64,000 nucleotides of DNA, taken from the NCBI GenBank assembly GCA_965208125.1, contig OZ242320.1:960001-1024000 (forward strand). Reading direction: 5' to 3'. Within the stretch, counting starts at the first letter, position 1. Every line of letters starts with the position of its first letter. The stretch is from Candidatus Latescibacterota bacterium (GTDB lineage: Bacteria > Latescibacterota > UBA2968). The translations under genes and the position numbers were made by a program. Below, piece by piece: positions 1 to 9,996 of this stretch. The notes beneath the pieces are model-generated. The model was given only the letters and a program-made list of their open reading frames with translations, was not told the origin of the DNA and searched no databases.

Positions 1-946
1 CTGAACCCATTACTGAGGGCTTCAACTTTTCTGCGCTGTCTTCTCCAGCCGTGAGTACGAAAACTTCAACAGATTTCTTCTGGTTGGAAACGCGCAACTG
101 TAACGATGCTGTCAACGCTTGTTGAAATAGCAATTCGAACTGATTGGTCGGCAGTCTGACTGAAATCTCGTACCGCGACTCTAAAAGTGCTTTTGGACCT
201 ATAATCCGCGTTGTGGGAACACCATAAGCCATGCTCAAAATCTGGTGCAATGTATTGCTCTCTGCTTCCCGTTGTTTGTATCCTTTTGAAATTTTGCTTG
301 AACTACGGCCACCTTCTTTTTCTGTAGGTGCAATCGAGATTTTGAAGATGGGATCGGTGCCTTCGTTTTCGACAGTTTTCGGTTTTGGCAATTTGGGACG
401 CTCTATTTTTTCTCCCTTGCTGACTTTTTTGATCATGTCAGATGATAGCCCCACTGGGTGAAGCGATGTGGCGATGATGCCTTTTGGGTCGATCAAAAAT
501 GTCCGTGGGATTCCCCTGACACCATAAGCTTCGAAAGCCGACCGATCCGTGTCCAGTCCAATCCACGATTTCATTTCTTGTCGTTTCAGAAATGGCGCAA
601 TTACGTCTTCATCTTCATCTGTTATTGAGATAAACTGCACTTGCTTATCGTGAAATTCCTCGCTTAACTGGTTCAGATGCGGAATTTCTGCCACACAGGG
701 AGCGCACCATGTTGCCCAAAATTCCAGGACGACAACCTTGCCCTTTAATGCGGATAAGCTCTTTTCTCCTTCTGGTGCTTGCAGGTATTTTTCAATGTCC
801 AATTCTGGCGCAGTCTGTCCAATCAGGCTCTGCTCTCCCATAACCAACACTTCTTTGGCCTTCTCAACGGTGCTTTCCTGCGCTATGACACTTGTAGCAA
901 ATATCTGAACAATGATTGCGATTTTTAGTAGATGAGCGTTATACAT
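1..946 (-). CDS. Exported TlpA/redoxin-family thiol-disulfide oxidoreductase with C-terminal extension (TIGR03435-like); runs off the left edge
   Basis: Not in the ORF track. Manual translation from ATG at 946 (RBS AAGGAG 955-960): MYNAHLLKIAIIVQIFATSVIAQ...GKVVVLEFWATWCAPCVAEIPHL...YGVRGIPRTFLIDPKG; WCxxC motif and signal peptide. Confidence 0.85.
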   Translation of the reverse strand, partial: MYNAHLLKIAIIVQIFATSVIAQESTVEKAKEVLVMGEQSLIGQTAPELDIEKYLQAPEGEKSLSALKGKVVVLEFWATWCAPCVAEIPHLNQLSEEFHDKQVQFISITDEDEDVIAPFLKRQEMKSWIGLDTDRSAFEAYGVRGIPRTFLIDPKGIIATSLHPVGLSSDMIKKVSKGEKIERPKLPKPKTVENEGTDPIFKISIAPTEKEGGRSSSKISKGYKQREAESNTLHQILSMAYGVPTTRIIGPKALLESRYEISVRLPTNQFELLFQQALTASLQLRVSNQKKSVEVFVLTAGEDSAEKLKPSVMGS

Positions 947-1156
947 TGAGATTTCTCCTTTTAATATGGCTGGTTTACAGGTACGCGCTTGACGGGCAAA
1001 TTTTGCAGTGCGCGGTTGAGCAGGTCCCGAAAACGCTTTGTTCGTGAGCCAGCGCGTCTGGGGGAGATGTTGTGTCTGCTATGGGGCTTAAAAAAAGGTG
1101 AGAAGTGAAACGTAAGACGTTAAAGTCACCCCTTCTTACGTCTTATATCTTAAAAC

Positions 1157-1176
1157 GGGCGAGGCATGCCTCGCCC
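1157..1176. repeat. Perfect 20-bp palindrome GGGCGAGGCATGCCTCGCCC (REP-like)
   Basis: Perfect inverted repeat directly after the S41 gene stop; resembles GTAGGGGCG-type REP stems. Confidence 0.7.
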
Positions 1177-1181
1177 CCATC

Positions 1182-2573
1182 TTACTTCTCACCGCCTTTC
1201 AACAATTCAAGGGCTGCGTTGATCAACGGGTCATGATCCCCTGGCTCGTCGGGAAATTCGACGTGAACATCGGGTGATATACCCTTACCCTCAAACGGCT
1301 CTCCATCGGGCGTCAAAGCTACCCAAGAAGGAAGAAACACAGTCACCCCATTCGCCAGGAAAATGGGCTTTGGATTGCCCGAACAACCGTAGGACTTCTC
1401 GCCCATCAGCGTGCATTGCGGTGCCTGCTTCATCATCAACAAAAACGCCTCGCAACTGCTCATATTGACCGGTCCTATCAAAATGACCGTGCGTCCTCGA
1501 AACCCGGGCCGAATCGGCTCCAGCGTTCGCTTCTTGATCCTGGAAAAACCAGAAGGACTGGAGGTGTCGCGATTGAGATGGCCGGCATATACCACAGACC
1601 GCTCGACAAATCGACCGGCGATCTTTTTCGCCAACCGCTCGTCTCCCCCGCTGTTGAATCGAATATCCAGAATCAGGGTATCATCGGGCGACAGTTCGTC
1701 GATCCATTTTGCGGCGGCTTCGATATCCCGGGCAGCCTTTGGTGACCAACTTCCAATCATCAGATACGCCGGTCCCTCCGGAAACCTCCCGGTAGCCACC
1801 ACACGATTGACGAATTGAAACTGAGGTACTGTTTGTTTCAGCAACTCTCGATCCACGTTGGGGCGAACACTGCGCTGAAAACCAGCTAATCGATCACCAT
1901 CCACATTGACCTTGATATGAGCGTCGCGGGCGACCTTTAGGAGTTGTCCAGCAAGAATGGCAAACCGGCCGGACGTCTTCGCATCGATCAACTGCGCCTC
2001 GAACTCGGCAAACCTGGCATCCCAATCCACACCCCGCAGATCGCGATAGGAATACTTCTCCTCAATGGCCGACCTCAACTGCTCCAACGATTTCCGATTC
2101 TTTTCTGGATCCGGGGGTTTCACATCGCCTGATAGAGCAGTCCAGAAAAAGAGAGGGTAGGGAACTGCGGGAAGCCCGTTGGTTCCTCGAAAACCCTGAT
2201 AGAGTTCCGAGTTAATACCCAGACTGTATTCACGGCCCGGTTTGAGTTTCACAGGAAGAACAATAGTCGTCTCAGAAATCCACCGGGGCTTTCCGGCAAC
2301 CCCTGGGAACATAGATTTGCTCCCCACAGTCGTAAACGACATGCCGCGCCCCATGGGCTGGTCAAAGGTGACGCGCAATTCCGTAGTAGTAGCATCCACC
2401 GACTGCGCGCCATTCTCCGGCACAGTCCGCACCACACGAGGCGGTTCCTCAGCACCTGCGGTCACACATCCGATAAACAAACAGAAGCCCAACAGTGTTC
2501 GACGCGCTGTTGCGAATATCCCGAAACCAGAGCGGCAGGACTTAAAATATTGAGATGTCATTTGACCCTCCAA
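1182..2573 (-). CDS. S41 family peptidase with N-terminal Ig-like domain, secreted
   Basis: DIRFNSGG, GPVNMSSCEAF (catalytic Ser region), GEKSYG, EGKGISPDV motifs; N-terminal PRVVRTVPENGA...VTFDQPM Ig-like segment. Confidence 0.85.
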   Translation of the reverse strand: MEGQMTSQYFKSCRSGFGIFATARRTLLGFCLFIGCVTAGAEEPPRVVRTVPENGAQSVDATTTELRVTFDQPMGRGMSFTTVGSKSMFPGVAGKPRWISETTIVLPVKLKPGREYSLGINSELYQGFRGTNGLPAVPYPLFFWTALSGDVKPPDPEKNRKSLEQLRSAIEEKYSYRDLRGVDWDARFAEFEAQLIDAKTSGRFAILAGQLLKVARDAHIKVNVDGDRLAGFQRSVRPNVDRELLKQTVPQFQFVNRVVATGRFPEGPAYLMIGSWSPKAARDIEAAAKWIDELSPDDTLILDIRFNSGGDERLAKKIAGRFVERSVVYAGHLNRDTSSPSGFSRIKKRTLEPIRPGFRGRTVILIGPVNMSSCEAFLLMMKQAPQCTLMGEKSYGCSGNPKPIFLANGVTVFLPSWVALTPDGEPFEGKGISPDVHVEFPDEPGDHDPLINAALELLKGGEK

Positions 2574-2750
2574 TCGAATGAAAAATCATCAGTGTCTTAG
2601 TGTTCTACCTAAATAATACACTCAAACAATTCTCCTGTCAAGCAGAAAAATAAAAAAATCCTCAAAACCCGAAGGCTCTAAGGATTTAAACATCGATATA
2701 GTGTATCGTGCGAGAGAGTCGGGAAAAGGATTTTCCTCCTACTTCAACAT

Positions 2751-2783
2751 CTGGATCGCGGCTAAAACCATGCCGCGATGACA
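2751..2783 (+). repeat. REP-like hairpin, copy 1 (CTGGATCGCGGCTAAAACCATGCCGCGATGACA)
   Basis: Four near-identical copies in the window (2751, 4343, 58866, 59438); stem ATCGCGGC/GCCGCGAT. Confidence 0.9.
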
Positions 2784-2789
2784 CCTGGG

Positions 2790-2852
2790 AGCCTGCCCCG
2801 TAATGATTCTATACGGGAACCGTCCCCTACAACATCATAGCCTGCCCCTACA
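2790..2852. repeat. Cluster of GTAG-type REP fragments (CCGTCCCCTAC, GCCTGCCCCTAC)
   Basis: CCCCTAC ends (GTAGGGG on the minus strand) recur at about 59490 and 61180. Confidence 0.55.
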
Positions 2853-2889
2853 TAGTTTAAGCAGGAGCCACTATGACAGCCAAATTATA

Positions 2890-4305
2890 TCATTGCCCCT
2901 GCCACATCCTGGCCCGGGTCATGAAAACTGAGTGATCCTGTCGCCACTCTCCATAGCCGATGCGCTGGTCATCCGTCAGATAATTGATCTTATCATCAAT
3001 ACAGGCAGCCAAATCCGCATCCTCTACAGAAAGCGTAAAACCGCCATACTCAACTGCAGCATCCAGCGCAGTCACCACAAACGCACCACCCGAAGCCTGA
3101 ACCGCATCGCGGTTGCCGATCTCTCCTCGCGCCAGGGCATCTACCCTACCAGACGCAAGCGCACCGAGTAATTCCTCTTCCCCCAGATAAACCACCTGCG
3201 GCATCGTATCTACAGCCGGGAAAATACGCTGCCTGCCCTCGAGGTTCGGCGACGCGCCAGCAGCAGTAATAAAATAATCTGCACTGCCATCGGCGACCAC
3301 CGTATCCATTTGCGTTGCAACGCGCACACCCGCCGCCAAAACCCCATCGGCATTGACCAGACCAGTCAACATCAGCAAACGCGCCTCCCCCGTCGTACTC
3401 GCCAGCACCCCCACGCGCACCTCGCTCGTCAAATCATCGTGGCTCGCCCAGCGCGCCCCATCTTCGGCACGCACCAGAAGCGACTGCCGAAACGCAATAT
3501 GTCCCGAAGTAAAAGTCACCACCTGATTGCCCATCTCACCGCGGGTTCGAGAATCCAGAATCGTAATACCACCGCCGACAACATCGTATTCCGCACCAGC
3601 CGACAGCAGCCAGATATTGGGCCATATATCAATACCCCGCCGGGAAAACGACAGCCCCGCACCATCCATCTCTTCCAGCGCCGTCAACAAATCCGCCTCA
3701 TACCCCACATGCGTATTAAATCCAGTGGAATTCGGATCGGGATCTGCACTGGAACTAACCGGCGCAAAAAAAGCGAAAAAACCGACATTGAGCACCCGAT
3801 CCGCGCAAGCCGACGACGGAGACATCCTCATCACACTCGCCCTCTCCCCAACGGGCAAATTGACCACCACCTCATCGCCAGCATTAATCGGAATACTCGA
3901 CCATACCCCAATCACGCGCCCATCCTGCGATACACGCGCCTGATAATAACCCGTCGTATCGCCCGCAATCTCCAACCTGGCCCGACCATCTTCATCCGTC
4001 ATCCCCGACCACGCGTAATCTGCCACCTGCCCTGCGATAGAACGCGCAAACTCTACCATAGCACCACTTATGGGCGCATCATCCTGTCGCACAGAAGCCA
4101 CCACCACAGCCTCCGACGCACTGTTTTCCACCGCCAACTTACTCAGCGGCTGCCCAACTTGCTCATCCACCTCCATCATCACGCGCTCGCCACCACAGTG
4201 CCACATCAGTCCTGCGACAAGGACCAGCACAACCACACCGCTAAACCCTCTCAACATAACACTCACCCTCATATTAATAGTCTTCAGGCTATTGCATCGT
4301 GGCAT
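2890..4305 (-). CDS. Amino-acid ABC transporter substrate-binding (family 3) domain protein with N-terminal beta domain; start uncertain
   Basis: VLNVGF..FAP, GYEADLL, DVVGGGITI..R, FRQSLLVR and GRVDALA motifs; hydrophobic N-terminus ending in Cys. Confidence 0.75.
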   Translation of the reverse strand: MPRCNSLKTINMRVSVMLRGFSGVVVLVLVAGLMWHCGGERVMMEVDEQVGQPLSKLAVENSASEAVVVASVRQDDAPISGAMVEFARSIAGQVADYAWSGMTDEDGRARLEIAGDTTGYYQARVSQDGRVIGVWSSIPINAGDEVVVNLPVGERASVMRMSPSSACADRVLNVGFFAFFAPVSSSADPDPNSTGFNTHVGYEADLLTALEEMDGAGLSFSRRGIDIWPNIWLLSAGAEYDVVGGGITILDSRTRGEMGNQVVTFTSGHIAFRQSLLVRAEDGARWASHDDLTSEVRVGVLASTTGEARLLMLTGLVNADGVLAAGVRVATQMDTVVADGSADYFITAAGASPNLEGRQRIFPAVDTMPQVVYLGEEELLGALASGRVDALARGEIGNRDAVQASGGAFVVTALDAAVEYGGFTLSVEDADLAACIDDKINYLTDDQRIGYGEWRQDHSVFMTRARMWQGQ

Positions 4306-4342
4306 AAGTCATACACCATACAGACAGGAACAGCAAAACCTT

Positions 4343-4375
4343 CTGGATTGCGGCTAAAACCATGCCGCAATGACA
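4343..4375 (+). repeat. REP-like hairpin, copy 2
   Basis: CTGGATTGCGGCTAAAACCATGCCGCAATGACA; compensatory C-G to T-A change in the stem relative to copy 1. Confidence 0.9.
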
Positions 4376-4449
4376 ATCGCAAGTTAAATTGATATGACCA
4401 GTTTCTTTTGCCGAGAAGCAGTAGTCTCTTTTGCCGCGATGAACTACAC

Positions 4450-4647
4450 TTACTCATCTCTCTTGTGCTTCATCCTTTGATAGCGCGTCACCTGATTCTT
4501 ATTCTTCACAAACGCAACCACAACAAGCACCACAAATACACCAATAGCCAACAGACTTCCCACCTCTTTTTTTGGATGATCCATCCACCACGCCAGAGCA
4601 ATCACCGCCCCAACGGATATGCCAGCCATTACAATCTCGCGTATCAT
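4450..4647 (-). CDS. Small two-TM membrane protein
   Basis: 65 aa, two hydrophobic stretches, RBS GAAGGAG upstream. Confidence 0.55.
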   Translation of the reverse strand: MIREIVMAGISVGAVIALAWWMDHPKKEVGSLLAIGVFVVLVVVAFVKNKNQVTRYQRMKHKRDE

Positions 4648-4848
4648 TTGCTCGCTCCTTCAAAAATGTAATACCTTTCAAATACTCAACATCGCGCATC
4701 AATTCGCCGCATAAAAATACACCATCGACAAATTGCAGTCCACATAAAAAGACTGACATAGACAGGAACAAGTAACACTATCATTTATATAATTTTATGT
4801 GTATCTTAAAAACTCTTCTAACTTCACACTTCTAACTTCACACTTCAC

Positions 4849-6210
4849 ATGCTCTTAACCATCACAACCACATACAACCCCGCAACTGACGTGGGCTATC
4901 TGCTGCACAAACATCCCGGACGCGCGCAGACCTTTGACCTCTCGTTTGGTCGCGCACATGTATTTTATCCCGAAGCCACAGATGAAAAATGCACGGCTGC
5001 CCTGTTGCTCGACCTCGACACCATTGGCCTCAAACGCCGTCGCCAAAACACCTTTGCACTTCGCGATTACGTCACTGACCGACCCTATGTCGCCTCCTCG
5101 TTCACCAGCGTAGCCATCGCCCGCGTATTTGGCAGCGCGCTCAAAGGCCAGTGCGCCGACCGACCAGACCTCGTTACCCGGCCCATCCCCCTGCGTGCAG
5201 AAATCCACGTTCTCCCTTGTCGCGGAGGCGATCAACTGCTCAACGACCTGTTTCAACCATTGGGATATAAAGTCACAGCCAAACCGCACCGCCTCGACGA
5301 ACAATTCTCAGAATGGGGGCACAGCCCGTATTACACCGTCGCACTCGAAGCAAACATCCCGCTAAAAGACCTGCTCACCCATCTCTACGTCCTCATCCCC
5401 GTACTCGATGACGACAAACACTACTTCGTCAGCCAGTCAGAAATCGACACCCTGATGCGCCGCGGCGAAGGCTGGTTATCAGACCACCCCAAACGCGACC
5501 TCATCATAGACCGATACCTCAGACACCAGCGCATCCTCACCCAGGAAGCCTATCGCCTTATGGATGAACAACCCTTAGAGCGCAATATCAAAGACAACGA
5601 ACTCGTCGTCGAAAACAACCTCAGGCTGAACCAGCAACGGCACAATGCCGTACTCAAAGAACTCGAAATCAGCGGCGCACAACGCGTACTCGACCTCGGC
5701 TGCGGTGAAGGTCACTTCACACAAGTCTTGTCAGAACGCCCCCAATTTACCAAAATTCTCGGCATGGAAGTTTCACACTATGCCTTGAGCCGCGCCCAAA
5801 AACGTCTCGACCAGCCCATACAACGCAACCGCATCGAACTCATTCACGGATCGCTATTCTACCGCGACACGCGCCTCGACGGCTATGACGCCGCAGTGCT
5901 CCTGGAAGTTATTGAACACCTCGACCCATCGCGATTGCCCGTCTTCGAACGCGTCGTATTCGAATATGCCCATCCCAACACCGTCATCATCACCACCCCA
6001 AATGCCGACTTCAACACACTTTGGGAATCTCTCCCTGCCGGACAATTTCGCCATCCAGATCACCGCTTTGAATGGTCGCACAAACAATTTCAACACTGGA
6101 CACAAAGCATAGAAAAAAAATTCAACTACAGTACAACAATCAAACCCATCGGTCCCGTGGATCCCGAAGCAGGTCCACCAACGCAAATGGCCGTATTAAA
6201 CCAAAAATAA
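4849..6210 (+). CDS. hen1: 3'-terminal RNA ribose 2'-O-methyltransferase Hen1
   Basis: N-terminal MLLTITTT..PATD.GYLLHKHP, YV.DRPY..SS, VLDLGCGEG SAM motif, EVIEH, FRHPDHRFEW; directly upstream of pnkp. Confidence 0.97.
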   Translation: MLLTITTTYNPATDVGYLLHKHPGRAQTFDLSFGRAHVFYPEATDEKCTAALLLDLDTIGLKRRRQNTFALRDYVTDRPYVASSFTSVAIARVFGSALKGQCADRPDLVTRPIPLRAEIHVLPCRGGDQLLNDLFQPLGYKVTAKPHRLDEQFSEWGHSPYYTVALEANIPLKDLLTHLYVLIPVLDDDKHYFVSQSEIDTLMRRGEGWLSDHPKRDLIIDRYLRHQRILTQEAYRLMDEQPLERNIKDNELVVENNLRLNQQRHNAVLKELEISGAQRVLDLGCGEGHFTQVLSERPQFTKILGMEVSHYALSRAQKRLDQPIQRNRIELIHGSLFYRDTRLDGYDAAVLLEVIEHLDPSRLPVFERVVFEYAHPNTVIITTPNADFNTLWESLPAGQFRHPDHRFEWSHKQFQHWTQSIEKKFNYSTTIKPIGPVDPEAGPPTQMAVLNQK

Positions 6211-6213
6211 ACC

Positions 6214-8751
6214 ATGAACATCACAATCCCCGAAATCGCACTCGTCGTCCTCATCGGCGTATCTGGCTCTGGCAAATCCACATTCGCCAGAACCCACTTC
6301 AAACCGACCGAAGTCCTGTCCTCCGACTACTTCCGCGGACTCATCAGCGACGACGAAACCGATCAGACCATCACAAAAGAGGCATTTGAAACCCTCCACT
6401 ACGTGGCCGCCAAACGCCTCGCCAATTACAAACTCACCGTTATCGACGCCACCAGCGTACAGGAAAGCGCCCGCAAACCTCTCGTCGCATTGGCCAAACA
6501 ACATCACGTCTTCCCCATCGCCATAGTTCTCGACATACCCGAAGACCTCTGCCGCGAACGCAACAAACATCGCCCAGACCGCAACTTTGAACATCGCGTT
6601 ATCGCGCAACAACGCCACCAACTCCGCCGCTCGTTCAAACGCCTCAAACGCGAAGGATTTCGCCGCATCTACACCCTGCGCTCAGAAGACGAGGTCCAGC
6701 GCGTGTGCGTCACACGAGAAAAAGTTTGGCCCAACCGCCGCGACGAACGCGGCCCCTTTGACATCATCGGCGATGTACACGGCTGTTACGACGAACTTCT
6801 CGCGCTACTCGACAAACTCGGCTACGACATTCAGCCCGACCACATAACACCACCGCCGGGACGCAAAGCCATCTTCCTCGGCGACCTCGTAGATCGCGGT
6901 CCCCAAACACCCCAGGTACTCGACCTCGTCATGCAAATGGTCGATTCCGACACCGCCCTCTGCATCCCCGGCAACCACGACACGCGCCTCGTTCGCGCGC
7001 TGCAGGGCAAAAAAGTCAGACCCACTTATGGCCTTTCCGAAACCCTCGAACAACTCGAATCATATCCCACTGAAGACCGCAAACGCTATGCAAAATTCCT
7101 CGACAGCCTCGTCAGCCACTACATACTCGACAATGGCAACCTCATCGTTGCACACGCCGGAATGAAAGAAGAACTGGCCGGACGCACCTCGGGCACCGTG
7201 CGCGCCTTCGCACTATATGGCGAAACCACGGGCGAAACCGACGAATTTGGCCTGCCCATCCGCATCAACTGGGCGGCGCGATACCGCGGCAAAGCCACCG
7301 TCGTCTATGGACACACCCCCGTGGCCAATCCCGAATGGCTCAACAACACCATCAACATCGACACGGGCTGCGCCTATGGCGGCGCACTCACAGCCCTGCG
7401 CTATCCCGAAAAAGAATGCATTTCCGTACCCGCGCTCAAAATATATAGCAAACCCGCGCGCCCACTTGCCTCTCAGACCACGCGCTCCGCACAGCAAACG
7501 CACGACGACATGCTCGACATCGATGACGTCAGCGGCAAACGCGCCGTAGATACCTTTCTCATCCCACGCATCACCATCCGCGAAGAACACGCCACAGCCG
7601 CACTCGAAATCATGAGCCGCTATGCCATCGACCCCAAATGGCTGATCTACCTGCCGCCGACCATGGCCCCATCAAAACCCAGTTCGCGTCCCAATATCCT
7701 CGAATATCCCGACGAAGCTTATGCCTACTACCGGGAAAACGACATCACCAGGGTCATAGCTGAAGAAAAACACATGGGATCTCGTGCCATCGTCATCCTG
7801 TGCAAAAATGACGATATTGCCCGCACGCGTTTCGGTCTATCCGAACCCGCACCCGGCGCGTGTTATACCCGAACGGGCCGTTCCTTCTTTGACGATACAA
7901 CCCTCGAAGCCGCATTCCTCACACGCCTCCAAAACGCCGTCTCCAAAGCCGACCTCTGGAAAAGCCTCAACACCACCTGGATAGCCCTCGACTGCGAACT
8001 CATGCCCTGGTCTGCTCGCGCACAACAACTATTGCAGGAACAATATGCGGCTGTCGGTGCATCTGCACGCGCATCTCTCAACGCCACCCTCGCGGCCCTC
8101 AAAGCCACCGCTGCCAACAACATCGACGTCTCCGACTGGCTCGCCAAATACAAAGACCGCTCACAGCGCATTGACCGATACATTCACGCGTACCGCGCCT
8201 ATTGCTGGCCCGTTCACAATCTCACAGACCTCAAACTCGCGCCCTTTCACATCCTCGCCACCGAAGGAAGCGTTCACCACAATCAGCCACACACCTATCA
8301 CATGGAAACCCTCTCAAAACTGTGTGCAGCCGATCCCGAACTCTTCCACACCACATCATACCGCGTCGTCGATCTCAACGACGCGCAAAGTTGTGCCAGC
8401 ACCACTGCCTGGTGGAAAGAAAAAACAGCACAAGGAAGCGAAGGCATGGTCGTCAAACCCATAAATTTCATTGCGCGGAACAAAAAAGGCAGGCTGATTC
8501 AGCCCGCCATCAAATGCCGAGGCCGCGAATACCTCCGCATCATCTACGGTCCCGAATACACCACCCCCGAAAATCTCAAAAAATTGCGCTGGCGCAATGT
8601 CAAGACCAAGCAATCCCTCGCCCTGCGCGAATTTGCTCTGGGTCTCGAAGCCCTCAGTCGCTTCGTTCAAAACGAGCCCCTGCGCCGCATCCACGAATGC
8701 GTCTTCGGCGTCCTCGCGCTCGAAACAGAACCTGTGGATCCGCGGCTGTAG
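6214..8751 (+). CDS. pnkp: Polynucleotide kinase-phosphatase-ligase Pnkp (bacterial RNA repair)
   Basis: P-loop GVSGSGKST; metallophosphoesterase GDVHG/GDLVDRG/GNHD; ligase EEKHMGSR, EGMVVKP, KCRGREYLRIIYG; C-terminal VDPRL. Confidence 0.97.
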   Translation: MNITIPEIALVVLIGVSGSGKSTFARTHFKPTEVLSSDYFRGLISDDETDQTITKEAFETLHYVAAKRLANYKLTVIDATSVQESARKPLVALAKQHHVFPIAIVLDIPEDLCRERNKHRPDRNFEHRVIAQQRHQLRRSFKRLKREGFRRIYTLRSEDEVQRVCVTREKVWPNRRDERGPFDIIGDVHGCYDELLALLDKLGYDIQPDHITPPPGRKAIFLGDLVDRGPQTPQVLDLVMQMVDSDTALCIPGNHDTRLVRALQGKKVRPTYGLSETLEQLESYPTEDRKRYAKFLDSLVSHYILDNGNLIVAHAGMKEELAGRTSGTVRAFALYGETTGETDEFGLPIRINWAARYRGKATVVYGHTPVANPEWLNNTINIDTGCAYGGALTALRYPEKECISVPALKIYSKPARPLASQTTRSAQQTHDDMLDIDDVSGKRAVDTFLIPRITIREEHATAALEIMSRYAIDPKWLIYLPPTMAPSKPSSRPNILEYPDEAYAYYRENDITRVIAEEKHMGSRAIVILCKNDDIARTRFGLSEPAPGACYTRTGRSFFDDTTLEAAFLTRLQNAVSKADLWKSLNTTWIALDCELMPWSARAQQLLQEQYAAVGASARASLNATLAALKATAANNIDVSDWLAKYKDRSQRIDRYIHAYRAYCWPVHNLTDLKLAPFHILATEGSVHHNQPHTYHMETLSKLCAADPELFHTTSYRVVDLNDAQSCASTTAWWKEKTAQGSEGMVVKPINFIARNKKGRLIQPAIKCRGREYLRIIYGPEYTTPENLKKLRWRNVKTKQSLALREFALGLEALSRFVQNEPLRRIHECVFGVLALETEPVDPRL

Positions 8752-8761
8752 TTAAAAAGGA

Positions 8762-9937
8762 GTGTTGCAAATGTTATTACAAAAAAGATTCTTATTTATT
8801 CTCGCCCTTGCATTACTGGCCTTTGTGAGTCAAGCCTCTGCTGGCCCCAATGCAAATGTGACACTATCGCTTGATCTCATTCCCGATGGCGGAGCGGGCA
8901 ACCAGACAGATGATGGCATTACTTCAGGCACGGTCTCTGGACAGGGCACAAAAATTGCCGTTGAAATCTTCGCAAAAGGTGTAACCACACCTCTCGCCGG
9001 GGTGATAGTCATATTCGACTTTGATCCTGCTATTTTGACTTTTGACAAAGCCGAGAACAGTGCGTTTCAATTTGCTGTTCCAGAACCGGATAAAACTGGC
9101 ATAAACTTCGTCACAAATCCCCCTATCACCTTGCTGGAATCCGGTTTTCTGACACGCGCTGAGTTTACCACCGCAGTGGATGTAACGGATAAGGCATTTA
9201 CCCTTGGCATTAAAATAGTTTCACTTGCTCAAAGCGTGGCAGTGATCGACACAATCACGACGACAAATGCCATATCGTTTAACGAGCCTGTAATCGGCGA
9301 ATTTGAAGGCATGCAACTCCACCTCGACACACAAATTGAAACGCCCGCTGCACAGAACAACAAGCTGTTCATCCCCAAACAAACAGCTGGCGATACGATA
9401 CAAATTCAACTCTTTGTTCCAACGGCTGCAGGCAAACAAACTTATGGTTACGAAATAGAACTCGACCTGCCGGGCAAGACATTTTCCGACTACATCGGCA
9501 GCATATCGGGCACGAGTTTTACAGACACACCCCTGCGCCAAACACCGGATCGCCCTGTCCTGTCCGCACTGCTCATCTCTACTTCTGCTGTGCCGGACAA
9601 TGGTTATCTCGGTCAAATTGACCTGCAAGTGACCAACACCCTTGACGCGGAGACAACCCTCATTGTCAAAACCGCTTTAATGGCCGATCTCAATAGGCAA
9701 CAGAGCTCATTGGATGTATCCAACGCCGTGATCACTGTTACTATCATTACCCTTATAGGCGATTTCGATGGCGACCTCGACGTTGACTTTGCCGATTTTC
9801 TCGCCTTTACCAGCGTTTTTGGATTATCATCATCAGATGCCAATTACGATGCGCGTATGGATATGAACGACGATGGTGTTATCAACTTTGCCGATTTTCT
9901 CATCTTTGTTAGCGTCTTTGGGACCACATACTCATAG
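8762..9937 (+). CDS. Secreted protein with cohesin-like beta domains and C-terminal dockerin/EF-hand pair
   Basis: Signal peptide; C-terminal GDFDGDLDVDFADFLAF...DMNDDGVINFADFLIF. Confidence 0.75.
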   Translation: MLQMLLQKRFLFILALALLAFVSQASAGPNANVTLSLDLIPDGGAGNQTDDGITSGTVSGQGTKIAVEIFAKGVTTPLAGVIVIFDFDPAILTFDKAENSAFQFAVPEPDKTGINFVTNPPITLLESGFLTRAEFTTAVDVTDKAFTLGIKIVSLAQSVAVIDTITTTNAISFNEPVIGEFEGMQLHLDTQIETPAAQNNKLFIPKQTAGDTIQIQLFVPTAAGKQTYGYEIELDLPGKTFSDYIGSISGTSFTDTPLRQTPDRPVLSALLISTSAVPDNGYLGQIDLQVTNTLDAETTLIVKTALMADLNRQQSSLDVSNAVITVTIITLIGDFDGDLDVDFADFLAFTSVFGLSSSDANYDARMDMNDDGVINFADFLIFVSVFGTTYS

Positions 9938-9996
9938 ATGAAACCAGATTTTTTTTAACCGTCGAGCCACCGCTCACTTTCAAAAAAGGATGTCTC

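Noticed and set aside
4816-4848. Short 7-9-mer tandem repeats (CTTCTAA/CTTCACA here; ATCTGCG near 14980-15008; CAGGAT near 23839-23870)
   Set aside because: Common intergenic simple repeats; too short to support a function
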